Shown here: in pieces, positions 16,220 to 23,938 of the stretch
Layout of the letters: the number at the start of each line of letters is the position of its first letter
Position numbering within the stretch: the first letter of the stretch is position 1
From: a virus
Taxonomy: Duplodnaviria; Caudoviricetes
Virus record (IMG/VR): IMGVR_UViG_3300049793_000123
Span: 1,919 to 65,918 of that record
Direction: 5' to 3' (one strand)
Length of the DNA: 64,000 nucleotides
Position numbers and translations under genes: made by a program
The notes under the pieces: model-generated
Database searches by the model: none
What the model saw: only the letters and a program-made list of their open reading frames with translations
Told to the model about the DNA's origin: nothing

Positions 16220-17293
16220 TCATTTTATTGGAGCAGGCGTTCCGCCGCCCGCAAGTTGGTCCGCATATTCTCCAACCAGAAACCGAAATGCCATTGCGGC
16301 GCAGAGTGGCACTTGTCCATTTCCAATGGCTGCAAGTCGGTCGCCCCGATTGGCCATCCCATGAACCACTCGACCCACTGCGGGTTCAGCGGACCACCAA
16401 GAAGGGATTTGTAATCCTCCTCCGACAACCGCGCCTTCAGCGCCTTCCGGGAGTTCGATCCTCCGTCCAGACCGTGTCCCATTCCGCTCATTGGGGTTGC
16501 GAGACGAATTGGAATCCGATTCAATGCCGTTGCAAGCCCATCCCCGCTGTGCGCTGACGCTCCTTTGCGGTTGTAATTGCCGTGAACGGTCACAGTTGGA
16601 AGACGTGTCGCATCCTTCCACTTGCCTTTCTGCGCCATTCCCACAAGACTCAATCGAACAGGACTGTGATCTCCGACGCTCTTTTGTTGTGAGTGGCTCC
16701 CTGCGGTCGGCGTTGGGAAGTGTAGCCCCAATCCACATTCGGTTTCGGAAGTGATACAACGTCGGAGGGCCAGCAATCCAGATGGCATCAGAAGCGCCGA
16801 GACAGCACCACTCCGCATCGTACCCCAAGCTGGCAAGATCACCGAGGACCAATGCGAGTCCCTTGGTTCGGAGTCGCGGAGAGTTTTCCACGAACACGAT
16901 TGGAGGCAGAACCTCGGAAACGACGCGCTTGAACTCGGACCAGAGGCCGCTGCGGGGGCCTTCGATTCCAATACCTCTTCCGGCTTGCGAAATATCTTGG
17001 CAAGGAAATCCCCCTGCAACCACATCGGAGAGTCCTTTGAATGGTTTCGCATCGAACGCTTTGATGTCGCCAAAAACTGGATGCCGGTCGAAGACGCCAT
17101 CTTGTTGTCGTTGGAGAAGGACACGCTGGCAGTAGGGGTTGATTTCGACTGATCCAACGGTTCGGTGGCCGAGGATTCGGTCGGCGTATATTCCGCCGCC
17201 AGACCCCGCAAAAAGGTGGAGAGTTCTGAGTCGTCGAAGTTCACGCTTAGCATGATTCCCTCCCTCTGCGTCGGCTAGCGCGTCGATGCTCAT
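16220..17293 (-). CDS. DNA (cytosine-5)-methyltransferase, large (alpha-like) chain
   Basis: Motif I LFAGSGG, IV GGFPCQDIS, VI ENS, VIII HFRNR, X RLAAIGNGQVP; no motif IX in this frame. Confidence 0.9.
   Translation of the reverse strand: MSIDALADAEGGNHAKRELRRLRTLHLFAGSGGGIYADRILGHRTVGSVEINPYCQRVLLQRQQDGVFDRHPVFGDIKAFDAKPFKGLSDVVAGGFPCQDISQAGRGIGIEGPRSGLWSEFKRVVSEVLPPIVFVENSPRLRTKGLALVLGDLASLGYDAEWCCLGASDAIWIAGPPTLYHFRNRMWIGATLPNADRREPLTTKERRRSQSCSIESCGNGAERQVEGCDTSSNCDRSRQLQPQRSVSAQRGWACNGIESDSNSSRNPNERNGTRSGRRIELPEGAEGAVVGGGLQIPSWWSAEPAVGRVVHGMANRGDRLAAIGNGQVPLCAAMAFRFLVGEYADQLAGGGTPAPIK
16225..17025 (-). CDS. overlapping-frame methyltransferase chain (beta-like) carrying the TRD repeats and motif IX
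   Basis: Open frame nested in the MTase gene with FPTPTA/LPTVT/LATP repeats and LNPQWVEWFMGWPIGAT; start could be ATG 17025 or upstream to 17253. Confidence 0.7.
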   Translation of the reverse strand: MWLQGDFLAKIFRKPEEVLESKAPAAASGPSSSASFPRFCLQSCSWKTLRDSEPRDSHWSSVILPAWGTMRSGAVSALLMPSGLLALRRCITSETECGLGLHFPTPTAGSHSQQKSVGDHSPVRLSLVGMAQKGKWKDATRLPTVTVHGNYNRKGASAHSGDGLATALNRIPIRLATPMSGMGHGLDGGSNSRKALKARLSEEDYKSLLGGPLNPQWVEWFMGWPIGATDLQPLEMDKCHSAPQWHFGFWLENMRTNLRAAERLLQ

Positions 17294-17309
17294 TGCTCAC
17301 GGCTGGTCC

Positions 17310-17513
17310 TTACTTGTTATCGTCCAAAAGGCCGCAGTGTTGGAAATGCAGTGGAGTCTCGGGCAGAGGCCCGTAACGGTTCTTGGTGATCTGAACGAAC
17401 GGACCTCCTGAAATCGGAATACAAACCATGCTGGCCATCATGACAGCCTCTTGAGCGTAGTGTTTCATCGAACTGTCTTGGTTGTAATCGCGCGGTTCGA
17501 GAATGATTTTCAC
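17310..17513 (-). CDS. small hypothetical protein
   Basis: GTGA coupling; contains KNRYGP (DnaB C-terminus-like remnant). Confidence 0.45.
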   Translation of the reverse strand: MKIILEPRDYNQDSSMKHYAQEAVMMASMVCIPISGGPFVQITKNRYGPLPETPLHFQHCGLLDDNK

Positions 17514-18073
17514 TTCGATCCCTCCAGTGGCGTGAACACTGCATCCAGTATCTGGCGCTCCTTCTCCAAATCCCGATTCACCGCCTTGTCCTCCGTGAAC
17601 TTCTCGGGATACCGCGCGCGCAGCTTGTCGATGTTACACTGCAACACGGCCTCCGGGCTGATGAGGAACACGTTCATCAGGATCGCGTCATACCACTCGT
17701 CGTCGCCCATCTCCTCCTGGAGGTTCACGGTGTCAACGATGCCGCTGGAGTGGGTGGTGAGCGCGGGCAGCAGGCACTCGATCAATTCGCCGAGTTCGCT
17801 AATCTTACCCAATAGCGCGTGTATAATGCGGAACTGCGCGACGGATGTCATGCCTTTGAACATATCCTCCGGGTTAAATTGAGCGATCACAGTATTCGGC
17901 TCCAGCTTGCCGTAAACAATCCATCGCTTGACCGAGTTCGCGGCAGCCGCAGCCTGTAGCGCGTTTTGCAAGCACGATGCGATTGCGGCCTTTTCATTCC
18001 ACACCCAGTCGGTTTCGCCTTCAGGAATCTTCTCTGTGCGCTGGGCCAGTGGCAGGTATTCAGTTGGGGTCAT
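17510..18073 (-). CDS. MazG-like NTP pyrophosphohydrolase
   Basis: HALLG..SELGEL, EEMGDDEWY, NIDKLRARYPEKF...A.NRD. Confidence 0.85.
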   Translation of the reverse strand: MTPTEYLPLAQRTEKIPEGETDWVWNEKAAIASCLQNALQAAAAANSVKRWIVYGKLEPNTVIAQFNPEDMFKGMTSVAQFRIIHALLGKISELGELIECLLPALTTHSSGIVDTVNLQEEMGDDEWYDAILMNVFLISPEAVLQCNIDKLRARYPEKFTEDKAVNRDLEKERQILDAVFTPLEGSK

Positions 18074-18356
18074 TTTTCGGCGGGGTTGATGGTTCAGGCT
18101 TGTTTTGTTCGGGTGACGAAATTTGGTCGAACAGGGCAATCACTAACGCGCCAAGTCCACACCAAACCGCGACGGAGGTTGTGACGGCAACTGCATTGGA
18201 AAATCCAATGCTGTAGCCTTTGGCTTTGACGGCTTCGTAAACAATGTCGTGGAGAATTTCCATCACCATTATGAATATCCCGCACCCAAGCGCGACCACC
18301 ACGGCAACCCGACAAGCTATACCAAGGCTGTTGATGATGATTTTCAGTATTTTCAT
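18060..18356 (-). CDS. small 2-TM membrane protein
   Basis: Two hydrophobic helices. Confidence 0.6.
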   Translation of the reverse strand: MKILKIIINSLGIACRVAVVVALGCGIFIMVMEILHDIVYEAVKAKGYSIGFSNAVAVTTSVAVWCGLGALVIALFDQISSPEQNKPEPSTPPKNDPN

Positions 18357-18357
18357 T

Positions 18358-18534
18358 TCAATCTTTCCGCGTGTCAATTTCACCGGCGATGAAGGTGCAG
18401 GTGGCGGCTCCCATTATTCCACCAATGATGGCCAGGACTCCCCAGCCAGACATCTGGCGCATTCCCCAGCCGCACAGCACGCAGAAAAGGCAGCAGGAGA
18501 AACCGAGGAGGAAGATGGCGGGGCCTTTGGTCAT
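18358..18534 (-). CDS. small 2-TM membrane protein
   Basis: MTKGPAIFLLGFSCCLFCVLCGW...; ATGA coupling. Confidence 0.55.
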   Translation of the reverse strand: MTKGPAIFLLGFSCCLFCVLCGWGMRQMSGWGVLAIIGGIMGAATCTFIAGEIDTRKD

Positions 18535-18710
18535 GACTTGTTTCTTTCGTCGTAGCAGACTTTGAAGTTGGCGATGGCCACCATGAGGCACGATGTGAAC
18601 ATGACGGCGTAGAACAGATTTCCGGTGGCTGCGTATTTGGAAACGTAAAACGGGATCAAGCAGAGCATGCACAAGCCTTGAACCAGATAACTGAATCGTT
18701 GGAAGCTCAT
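18531..18710 (-). CDS. small 2-TM membrane protein
   Basis: MSFQRFSYLVQGLCMLCLIPFY...; TAATG coupling. Confidence 0.55.
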   Translation of the reverse strand: MSFQRFSYLVQGLCMLCLIPFYVSKYAATGNLFYAVMFTSCLMVAIANFKVCYDERNKS

Positions 18711-18955
18711 TATCTTTTTGGCGTCCAAATCTCGTCCCACAGCCCGAGGTCTTTGGGGAAATGTTGGCGGATGTGATCGGCGGCGGACAGGCGTTGGACC
18801 ATACCCTTGGTCACGCGCAGATGCTTGGCTTCCTCGCCATACTCGTCTCGCAGGCCGTAGTCGCCCATGTAGCCACGAATCAGGCCGCTCTTTTCGCGCA
18901 TCCACTTGACCACGGACAGGTCGTAACCGTTGGGCGGGGAGGTGGTGGCGCTCAT
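18710..18955 (-). CDS. hypothetical protein
   Basis: Coupled ORF. Confidence 0.6.
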   Translation of the reverse strand: MSATTSPPNGYDLSVVKWMREKSGLIRGYMGDYGLRDEYGEEAKHLRVTKGMVQRLSAADHIRQHFPKDLGLWDEIWTPKR

Positions 18956-18956
18956 A

Positions 18957-19373
18957 TCATTCCATCCATGCTAGACAGTCTTTGGTTTCGCAACGCCCGT
19001 GAACATGACCATTATAGGCGGCGTGACTCATGTGAAGCTTGCCTTGGCAGATAGGGCACGTTTCGATGCCTCGCCAGTTCCGGCCTTTGTTCGCGCGCTT
19101 GATCTGACCAATCAGAGGGGTGACTTTGGCAAAACGCTCCATTGATTCAACGATTCGCTTCCGGTCAACATCCAACTCCTCCTTGGTTGGTAATTCCATT
19201 TTTAGACAGGCAGCTTTGCGTGAGGCTACCGTTTGATGCTTGGAGGTGTCTCCAAACAATAGGCATGGCAGCGTGTCCTTGCCTTGCTCCTTGGTGAACT
19301 CGTCATATCGACACCCCGCCTTGCAGGACTCGTTTTGGACGCCGTTAAAATGCTTGCAGGTCGTGTCTTTCAT
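18957..19373 (-). CDS. Cys-rich Zn-binding phage protein
   Basis: CKHFNG...CKAG; CPIC...NGHVHGRCETKDCLAWME. Confidence 0.7.
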   Translation of the reverse strand: MKDTTCKHFNGVQNESCKAGCRYDEFTKEQGKDTLPCLLFGDTSKHQTVASRKAACLKMELPTKEELDVDRKRIVESMERFAKVTPLIGQIKRANKGRNWRGIETCPICQGKLHMSHAAYNGHVHGRCETKDCLAWME

Positions 19374-19843
19374 ATCGGTGTGCTCGCAATCTTGGCCTTC
19401 AGGTCGTCGATGGACTGGCGCATGGCCTTCCACTTCACGCGCACCTCGTCAGGCATGGGGAGGCAGTCCCATTGCTGCGTGAGGCGGTCGTATTCGCTTT
19501 GCTTGGTTTCGAGGAGTTTACGCATCTCCCAAACTGGGGTCACCCGTGGCGCAACCGGCTTATTGCTGGCGACGGGCAAGTCCCGGTCGTCGTAGTAACG
19601 GTGGAAGTTACTCGGCCGAAACAGCGTCGTCGGGTTCAGGAACGTGGCCATGTGATCGTCACACTTCCATAGGGCGCACTGGCGGTCGATCATCTCCTTG
19701 ATCCCGTCAACGTCGTTGTCAACCTCCTCCAGCCGGTGGCGAATGGGAGTGAGGTATGTGGGTATCAGCCGGAACTTGCGCCCAGCCTTGGCATTCAGGT
19801 GCTCGACGATCTCCTGAGCCGCGTAGGAAGAAATTATGCTCAT
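19370..19843 (-). CDS. phage replication-initiator-like protein (conserved phage C-terminal domain)
   Basis: IVEHLNAKAGRKF...RL...W...FLNPTTLF...F..Y; lies upstream of dnaB in the same operon. Confidence 0.75.
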   Translation of the reverse strand: MSIISSYAAQEIVEHLNAKAGRKFRLIPTYLTPIRHRLEEVDNDVDGIKEMIDRQCALWKCDDHMATFLNPTTLFRPSNFHRYYDDRDLPVASNKPVAPRVTPVWEMRKLLETKQSEYDRLTQQWDCLPMPDEVRVKWKAMRQSIDDLKAKIASTPI

Positions 19844-19857
19844 GATCCAAATCCTTG

Positions 19858-19965
19858 ATTGCCGCCAGTTGACGAGGGCCAAGACTCCGGTGCCGGGCGG
19901 CATCGAAAGAAACCCATTTCTGGCGGCAATGAAAGATTCGGATTCATAGTCTTGCGAGTCGTCAA
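19858..19965 (-). promoter_or_regulatory. structured leader with two interleaved inverted repeats before the replication gene
   Basis: ATTGCCGCCAG(19858-68)/CTGGCGGCAAT(19920-30) and TTGACGA-N4-CAAGACT(19869-86)/AGTCTTG-N4-TCGTCAA(19948-65). Confidence 0.55.
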
Positions 19966-20003
19966 ACTCGTTGTTTGGAGTGAAAGGTTGCGGAGGTGGA
20001 AAG

Positions 20004-20231
20004 TCAAGTCAGGAAGGGGAGGCCGTGCTCGTGTCTGCTCTTTTGGTCATCGGGACATCCGCCGCCGTGGTCAAATCGGATTTGCCGCGCGTCAAACTCG
20101 CTTATCTGGGAGTGCGGCAGCCACTTGTCGCCCACCAGGATGTAGCGGATGCAGTCGCCGTTGTCCGTCTTCTTCTGGCTCGTGCGGACGCGCCATAGGT
20201 GGTCTTTGGTAGCGTAAACGAAGTCCGTCAC
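20004..20231 (-). CDS. small hypothetical protein
   Basis: GTGA coupling. Confidence 0.5.
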   Translation of the reverse strand: MTDFVYATKDHLWRVRTSQKKTDNGDCIRYILVGDKWLPHSQISEFDARQIRFDHGGGCPDDQKSRHEHGLPFLT

Positions 20232-20704
20232 TTGCCCCGTCCTTTCCGGTAGTTCTTGAGGCTGCGCGGTATGCCGATCCTGGCCAGCACGTATTTGGCT
20301 TGCGCCTCGCTGAGTCGATAAGCGTCACACAAAACCCTGAATGTGTTTCTCGGATTCGTGGCCAGCGGATATTTCTTGGCCAGAAGTTCGGGGGTCATCC
20401 GTGGCGACCGATTGTGCGGCGGTGGCTGCTTCGTCCGGTAATACGCCACTTGAGCGACCGTGAGGCCCGTGGTCGATTCGATGTCCTTGTTGTAGTGCGT
20501 CCAGTCGATCCGGTCTTTCACGTCCTCGTAGCGCACCATGGTCCGCTTGGTGTTGCGCGGCTTGCAATTGAACCCACGGAGCCGGAGCTTTCGCGCCTTC
20601 TGCGGGACGCTGCGCGGCGTGATCCACACCTTGCGCGCGATGTCCTCGAACGGGGCGTCGGCATTCCACATCTCAATGAATGTTTCGGTATGCGAGAGGA
20701 TCAT
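20228..20704 (-). CDS. HTH-containing basic DNA-binding protein
   Basis: FIEMWN...DIARKV...SV.QKARKLR, followed by further helical repeats. Confidence 0.55.
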   Translation of the reverse strand: MILSHTETFIEMWNADAPFEDIARKVWITPRSVPQKARKLRLRGFNCKPRNTKRTMVRYEDVKDRIDWTHYNKDIESTTGLTVAQVAYYRTKQPPPHNRSPRMTPELLAKKYPLATNPRNTFRVLCDAYRLSEAQAKYVLARIGIPRSLKNYRKGRGK

Positions 20705-20710
20705 TTGGAG

Positions 20711-21637
20711 TTAGCTCATTATATCTTTCGGCATGGACATGGGAGCGTACGACTCCCTCCTCAACACCCAGTCCGGCACGCCCACCTTGACGCACTTCTC
20801 GGGATAGCCGGGCCACTGGCCGGTTGCCACGCACTGGGCGTAACGACGCAGCAGCCGTTGATACTGGCGACGGCCGTAGGCGATGCTAGCCTCGTCCAAC
20901 TCGTAGATCATCACCACGTAAGGCGGATGCTTCTCGACGACTATGAACACGAATCCCTGCTTTGGATTCTCCGGCTCCAGCGCATTGGCGATGTCGAGGT
21001 AGTAGGCCCCCTGGCAGGCGTAGCCGTAGTCGAAGATCGCTTTGCTGAAGGCATCCTCGCTCGCGTCCTCGGTAGTTTTGATGTCAGCGAGGTAGCCGTC
21101 GGCGAGGATGTCGATGAGGCATTTGCGGCGAATTTGAACCGGGGTATCGCATTCGCCGTCGTTCAAATGCAGATCGTGATCCTCGAAACACGCCACCTCA
21201 TGCCTTCCTGAGTCTCTACACACTCTTTGAGCAATCGGATGCCTCAATATGGATTGTGCCATGCCGCAGATATCACTCGATTCCTCGTAAGTCAGAGTCT
21301 CGCGATCCGGTCCAATTTCAGCCAGCCACGCTTTTCCCTCTTTGGTTCTCCCATCGAATCCTTTGGGCTTTTCCACCCACGTCTGCCGAATATCAGGTTG
21401 AAGGACCATCTGGTGCAGTATCGTTCCGAGAATCATCGCCCGGGTCGGCTCCTGTGGCTGCGACATCGCTGAGACGAAGTGGGCCGGTGTGGGCTCCATC
21501 TTCTTCAGCGCGCTCTGGGAGATGCCCGGCGCGGCGCGGTACACCTTCTCGGGCATTCCGACGTGGATGCCTTGTGGGATTGGGTTACTTTGGTCCATAC
21601 GCGGCCCCTCCAAAAGCCTTGTCGTAGTCGCGCTCAT
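20711..21637 (-). CDS. RecE/exonuclease VIII-like PD-(D/E)xK nuclease (DUF3799-like)
   Basis: Y.A..GISQS.LK, GT..H..VL, KCLIDI...DIKTT, YGY..Q.AYY, FVFIVVEK.PPY; adjacent to recT. Confidence 0.85.
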   Translation of the reverse strand: MSATTTRLLEGPRMDQSNPIPQGIHVGMPEKVYRAAPGISQSALKKMEPTPAHFVSAMSQPQEPTRAMILGTILHQMVLQPDIRQTWVEKPKGFDGRTKEGKAWLAEIGPDRETLTYEESSDICGMAQSILRHPIAQRVCRDSGRHEVACFEDHDLHLNDGECDTPVQIRRKCLIDILADGYLADIKTTEDASEDAFSKAIFDYGYACQGAYYLDIANALEPENPKQGFVFIVVEKHPPYVVMIYELDEASIAYGRRQYQRLLRRYAQCVATGQWPGYPEKCVKVGVPDWVLRRESYAPMSMPKDIMS

Positions 21638-21848
21638 TCATCCACTGAACCGGCTCCGCAATCTGGCTCATGTCCCGACCCCACTGGATGAACCAGCCTT
21701 GAAACGCGGGCTGTTCTTCGCCACTAAGGTCGCTGGCCCAGTGAGCGCGATGGATCGTGCCGTCTTTCATTTTCACAATGACCCACTTAGCAGTCTTTGT
21801 GGCGGATGAAATTGGCTGCCATTCGGCAGTCGTTGGCTTGGGGTCCAT
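21585..21848 (-). CDS. DUF551-like small protein
   Basis: WQPISSA...PVQWM. Confidence 0.6.
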   Translation of the reverse strand: MDPKPTTAEWQPISSATKTAKWVIVKMKDGTIHRAHWASDLSGEEQPAFQGWFIQWGRDMSQIAEPVQWMNERDYDKAFGGAAYGPK

Positions 21849-21853
21849 AAAGA

Positions 21854-23134
21854 TCAGGCTCCGTGAGTGGCCGAGACCGCCTCACACATCTCATCCCACC
21901 CGATGAGCATCTTGTTCATCACGGTGGTGTCGCTGAGTCGCGACGCCTGTTCCAAGTTGGCGCAGGACGACGGCAGCAACGGCGCACCGTTCAATCCGCC
22001 CTTGGTGCGGAAATACTCCATGCACTCGTCCTCGGCGATGCCGTCATCGACCAGCAGGCGCTTGATGCGCTCCAACTGGCTCATCTTCTGCTGCTGGCGA
22101 GGAGGAGCCGAGGCTGTAGATGGCGCGGTGGCAGGTGCGCTAACCGGCCCGCTGGGCTGGGCTATCGGCGGAGTTGATGGAGGTGCCACGTTTTCACGTA
22201 CAGCCTCGGCCTGAGTTTGCGGGCCGAGATCGGGGTTGGAGTCGTCATACATGGCGTCCGTGACTTGCTTGTCAGGATCAGCCGTCGATGGCGCGGGAAT
22301 CGTTTGGGGTGTAGGAGTGACTTCGGCCTGCACCTGCTTCGCCGGACCACGGCCGCGACGGGCCACAGGCGCGGCAGCAGGCAGGGCGGCGGGGGCGGGC
22401 GAGTTGAGCATCGCGGCGACTCCGGTGTCGGCGACAGGCGGCGCGTCCACGTCGATGAAGTTCTTATCGTCGGCCTCCAGTGCGAAGTTGAACTCGGGAG
22501 AAATGTCCCACCGCTTCGAGTGGCGCTTGATGACGGTCTTCTTGGCCATCTCGTCGAAGTCAGTCTGCCAAGGGCCTGAGCGGGCCTTGCTGCGCTTCTG
22601 GACCGCTTGCACCTGTTCCGGGGTCATGTACTCCACGTCGGGGATGTTGGAGTCGCGACGGCGGCACCACGAGTAATAGCAAACCACTTCGCCGCGATCC
22701 TTGGCCGGATCGAAAACATGCTTGAAGTGAGGGCCGTTCTCGCCCACCCAACACTCCAAGGTGTCGTTCGAGTAAACGATGCCTGGAAACGCCGACTCCA
22801 AGTATTTATCCAGCGCGAGCTTGTAAATCCCCTTCCAGTCAAACTGGAACTCGCAGGTGCGACCGTAGGGGATCAGGTGGCAATTCCTGCCGTCGAGTTC
22901 GAGGCCGCACGAGAAGGCTTTCTTGATGCAGGACAGCACGGATACCGGGTCGCAGTTCAGCAAGTCCTGAGACTGCTTGCAGTTGAGGATGTACAGCATC
23001 GCCGTGCTGACGAGCCGCGCAACGTCGGTGCCTTTGGGAAGCACCTTGGCGAACTCGTCGAGCACCATTGGCTGGCGAAGTTTCTGGATGATGGCGGGGA
23101 CCTGTGGTTGGGTGGTTTGGACGGATTGGTTCAT
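21854..23134 (-). CDS. recT: RecT-family ssDNA annealing protein with a long Pro/Ala-rich extension
   Basis: L..C...S......GL......HLIPY, KG, GPW.TDFDEMAKKTVIKR. Confidence 0.88.
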   Translation of the reverse strand: MNQSVQTTQPQVPAIIQKLRQPMVLDEFAKVLPKGTDVARLVSTAMLYILNCKQSQDLLNCDPVSVLSCIKKAFSCGLELDGRNCHLIPYGRTCEFQFDWKGIYKLALDKYLESAFPGIVYSNDTLECWVGENGPHFKHVFDPAKDRGEVVCYYSWCRRRDSNIPDVEYMTPEQVQAVQKRSKARSGPWQTDFDEMAKKTVIKRHSKRWDISPEFNFALEADDKNFIDVDAPPVADTGVAAMLNSPAPAALPAAAPVARRGRGPAKQVQAEVTPTPQTIPAPSTADPDKQVTDAMYDDSNPDLGPQTQAEAVRENVAPPSTPPIAQPSGPVSAPATAPSTASAPPRQQQKMSQLERIKRLLVDDGIAEDECMEYFRTKGGLNGAPLLPSSCANLEQASRLSDTTVMNKMLIGWDEMCEAVSATHGA

Positions 23135-23146
23135 GCTGTGGATGAA

Positions 23147-23938
23147 TTAAAGACCGAGTTTGATGGTGGTGAGAATAGGTGAATCGTTGTTGGGCCGATA
23201 GCTATCGGTGGTGATGATCGACTGGAAGTGTTTCTCCAAGACCGAGAAGCCTTTGGAGAAAAGCCCATGGGAAACTATGAGTGTAAGGTGCGCGGGCTTG
23301 ATCTGTTCAGCAATCGCAATGAAGGTCGCGCCGCCGTCGCACAGGTCGTCAATGATGACGCAGTTGCGAAACTCGCACTTTCCAGGCTCCAGCACTTTCA
23401 GGGTGATATTGCCGTTCGACAGGTCACGGACCTTCTGGCAATAGACCACATCGGTGATGTTTGGATTCCACTCCAGATACTTGTCAGCCTTCTTCACCGC
23501 GCCAGCGTCAGGCACGATCAACACGGCGTTTGGCTTGTCGTAGGATTTCACCAACCGGCTGTTGTTGTGGTTCTTCGCGTTGCGAATCAGGAGCGCGGCC
23601 ACATCGCTGTGGGCATCGAACAGATTGACCCGCTCAAAACCGCAGGAGTTCACGGCGTTCGCCACGACCTCCAAATCCACGGAGTCACCCAACTGCATGA
23701 GGCGGTCGAACCGAGCGCCCATTAAGTAAGGGATAACCAACTCCTTTTTCTTGGCCCAAGCGTGATCCAACGCGTTGGCGATTTCCAGCAACTGGACCAA
23801 TTCCTGGCTGGACCGAATTGGGCACACAACGCACACCTCATCACCGGCAGCGATGTCCTGCAACTGAACGTGCGGATGATTATCCGGGAACAGCGTCAGC
23901 TTGATCCGCTCCAGCGTGTAAAGGCTGATGTTTTTCAT
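23147..23938 (-). CDS. PRPP-synthetase-like protein (candidate Adps, ADPR-PP synthase of NARP1)
   Basis: FPD..PH, IPYL.GAR.DR, DAHS, PDAGA, K.RD, IIDDLCDGGATF; coupled to the Nampt-like gene. Confidence 0.85.
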   Translation of the reverse strand: MKNISLYTLERIKLTLFPDNHPHVQLQDIAAGDEVCVVCPIRSSQELVQLLEIANALDHAWAKKKELVIPYLMGARFDRLMQLGDSVDLEVVANAVNSCGFERVNLFDAHSDVAALLIRNAKNHNNSRLVKSYDKPNAVLIVPDAGAVKKADKYLEWNPNITDVVYCQKVRDLSNGNITLKVLEPGKCEFRNCVIIDDLCDGGATFIAIAEQIKPAHLTLIVSHGLFSKGFSVLEKHFQSIITTDSYRPNNDSPILTTIKLGL

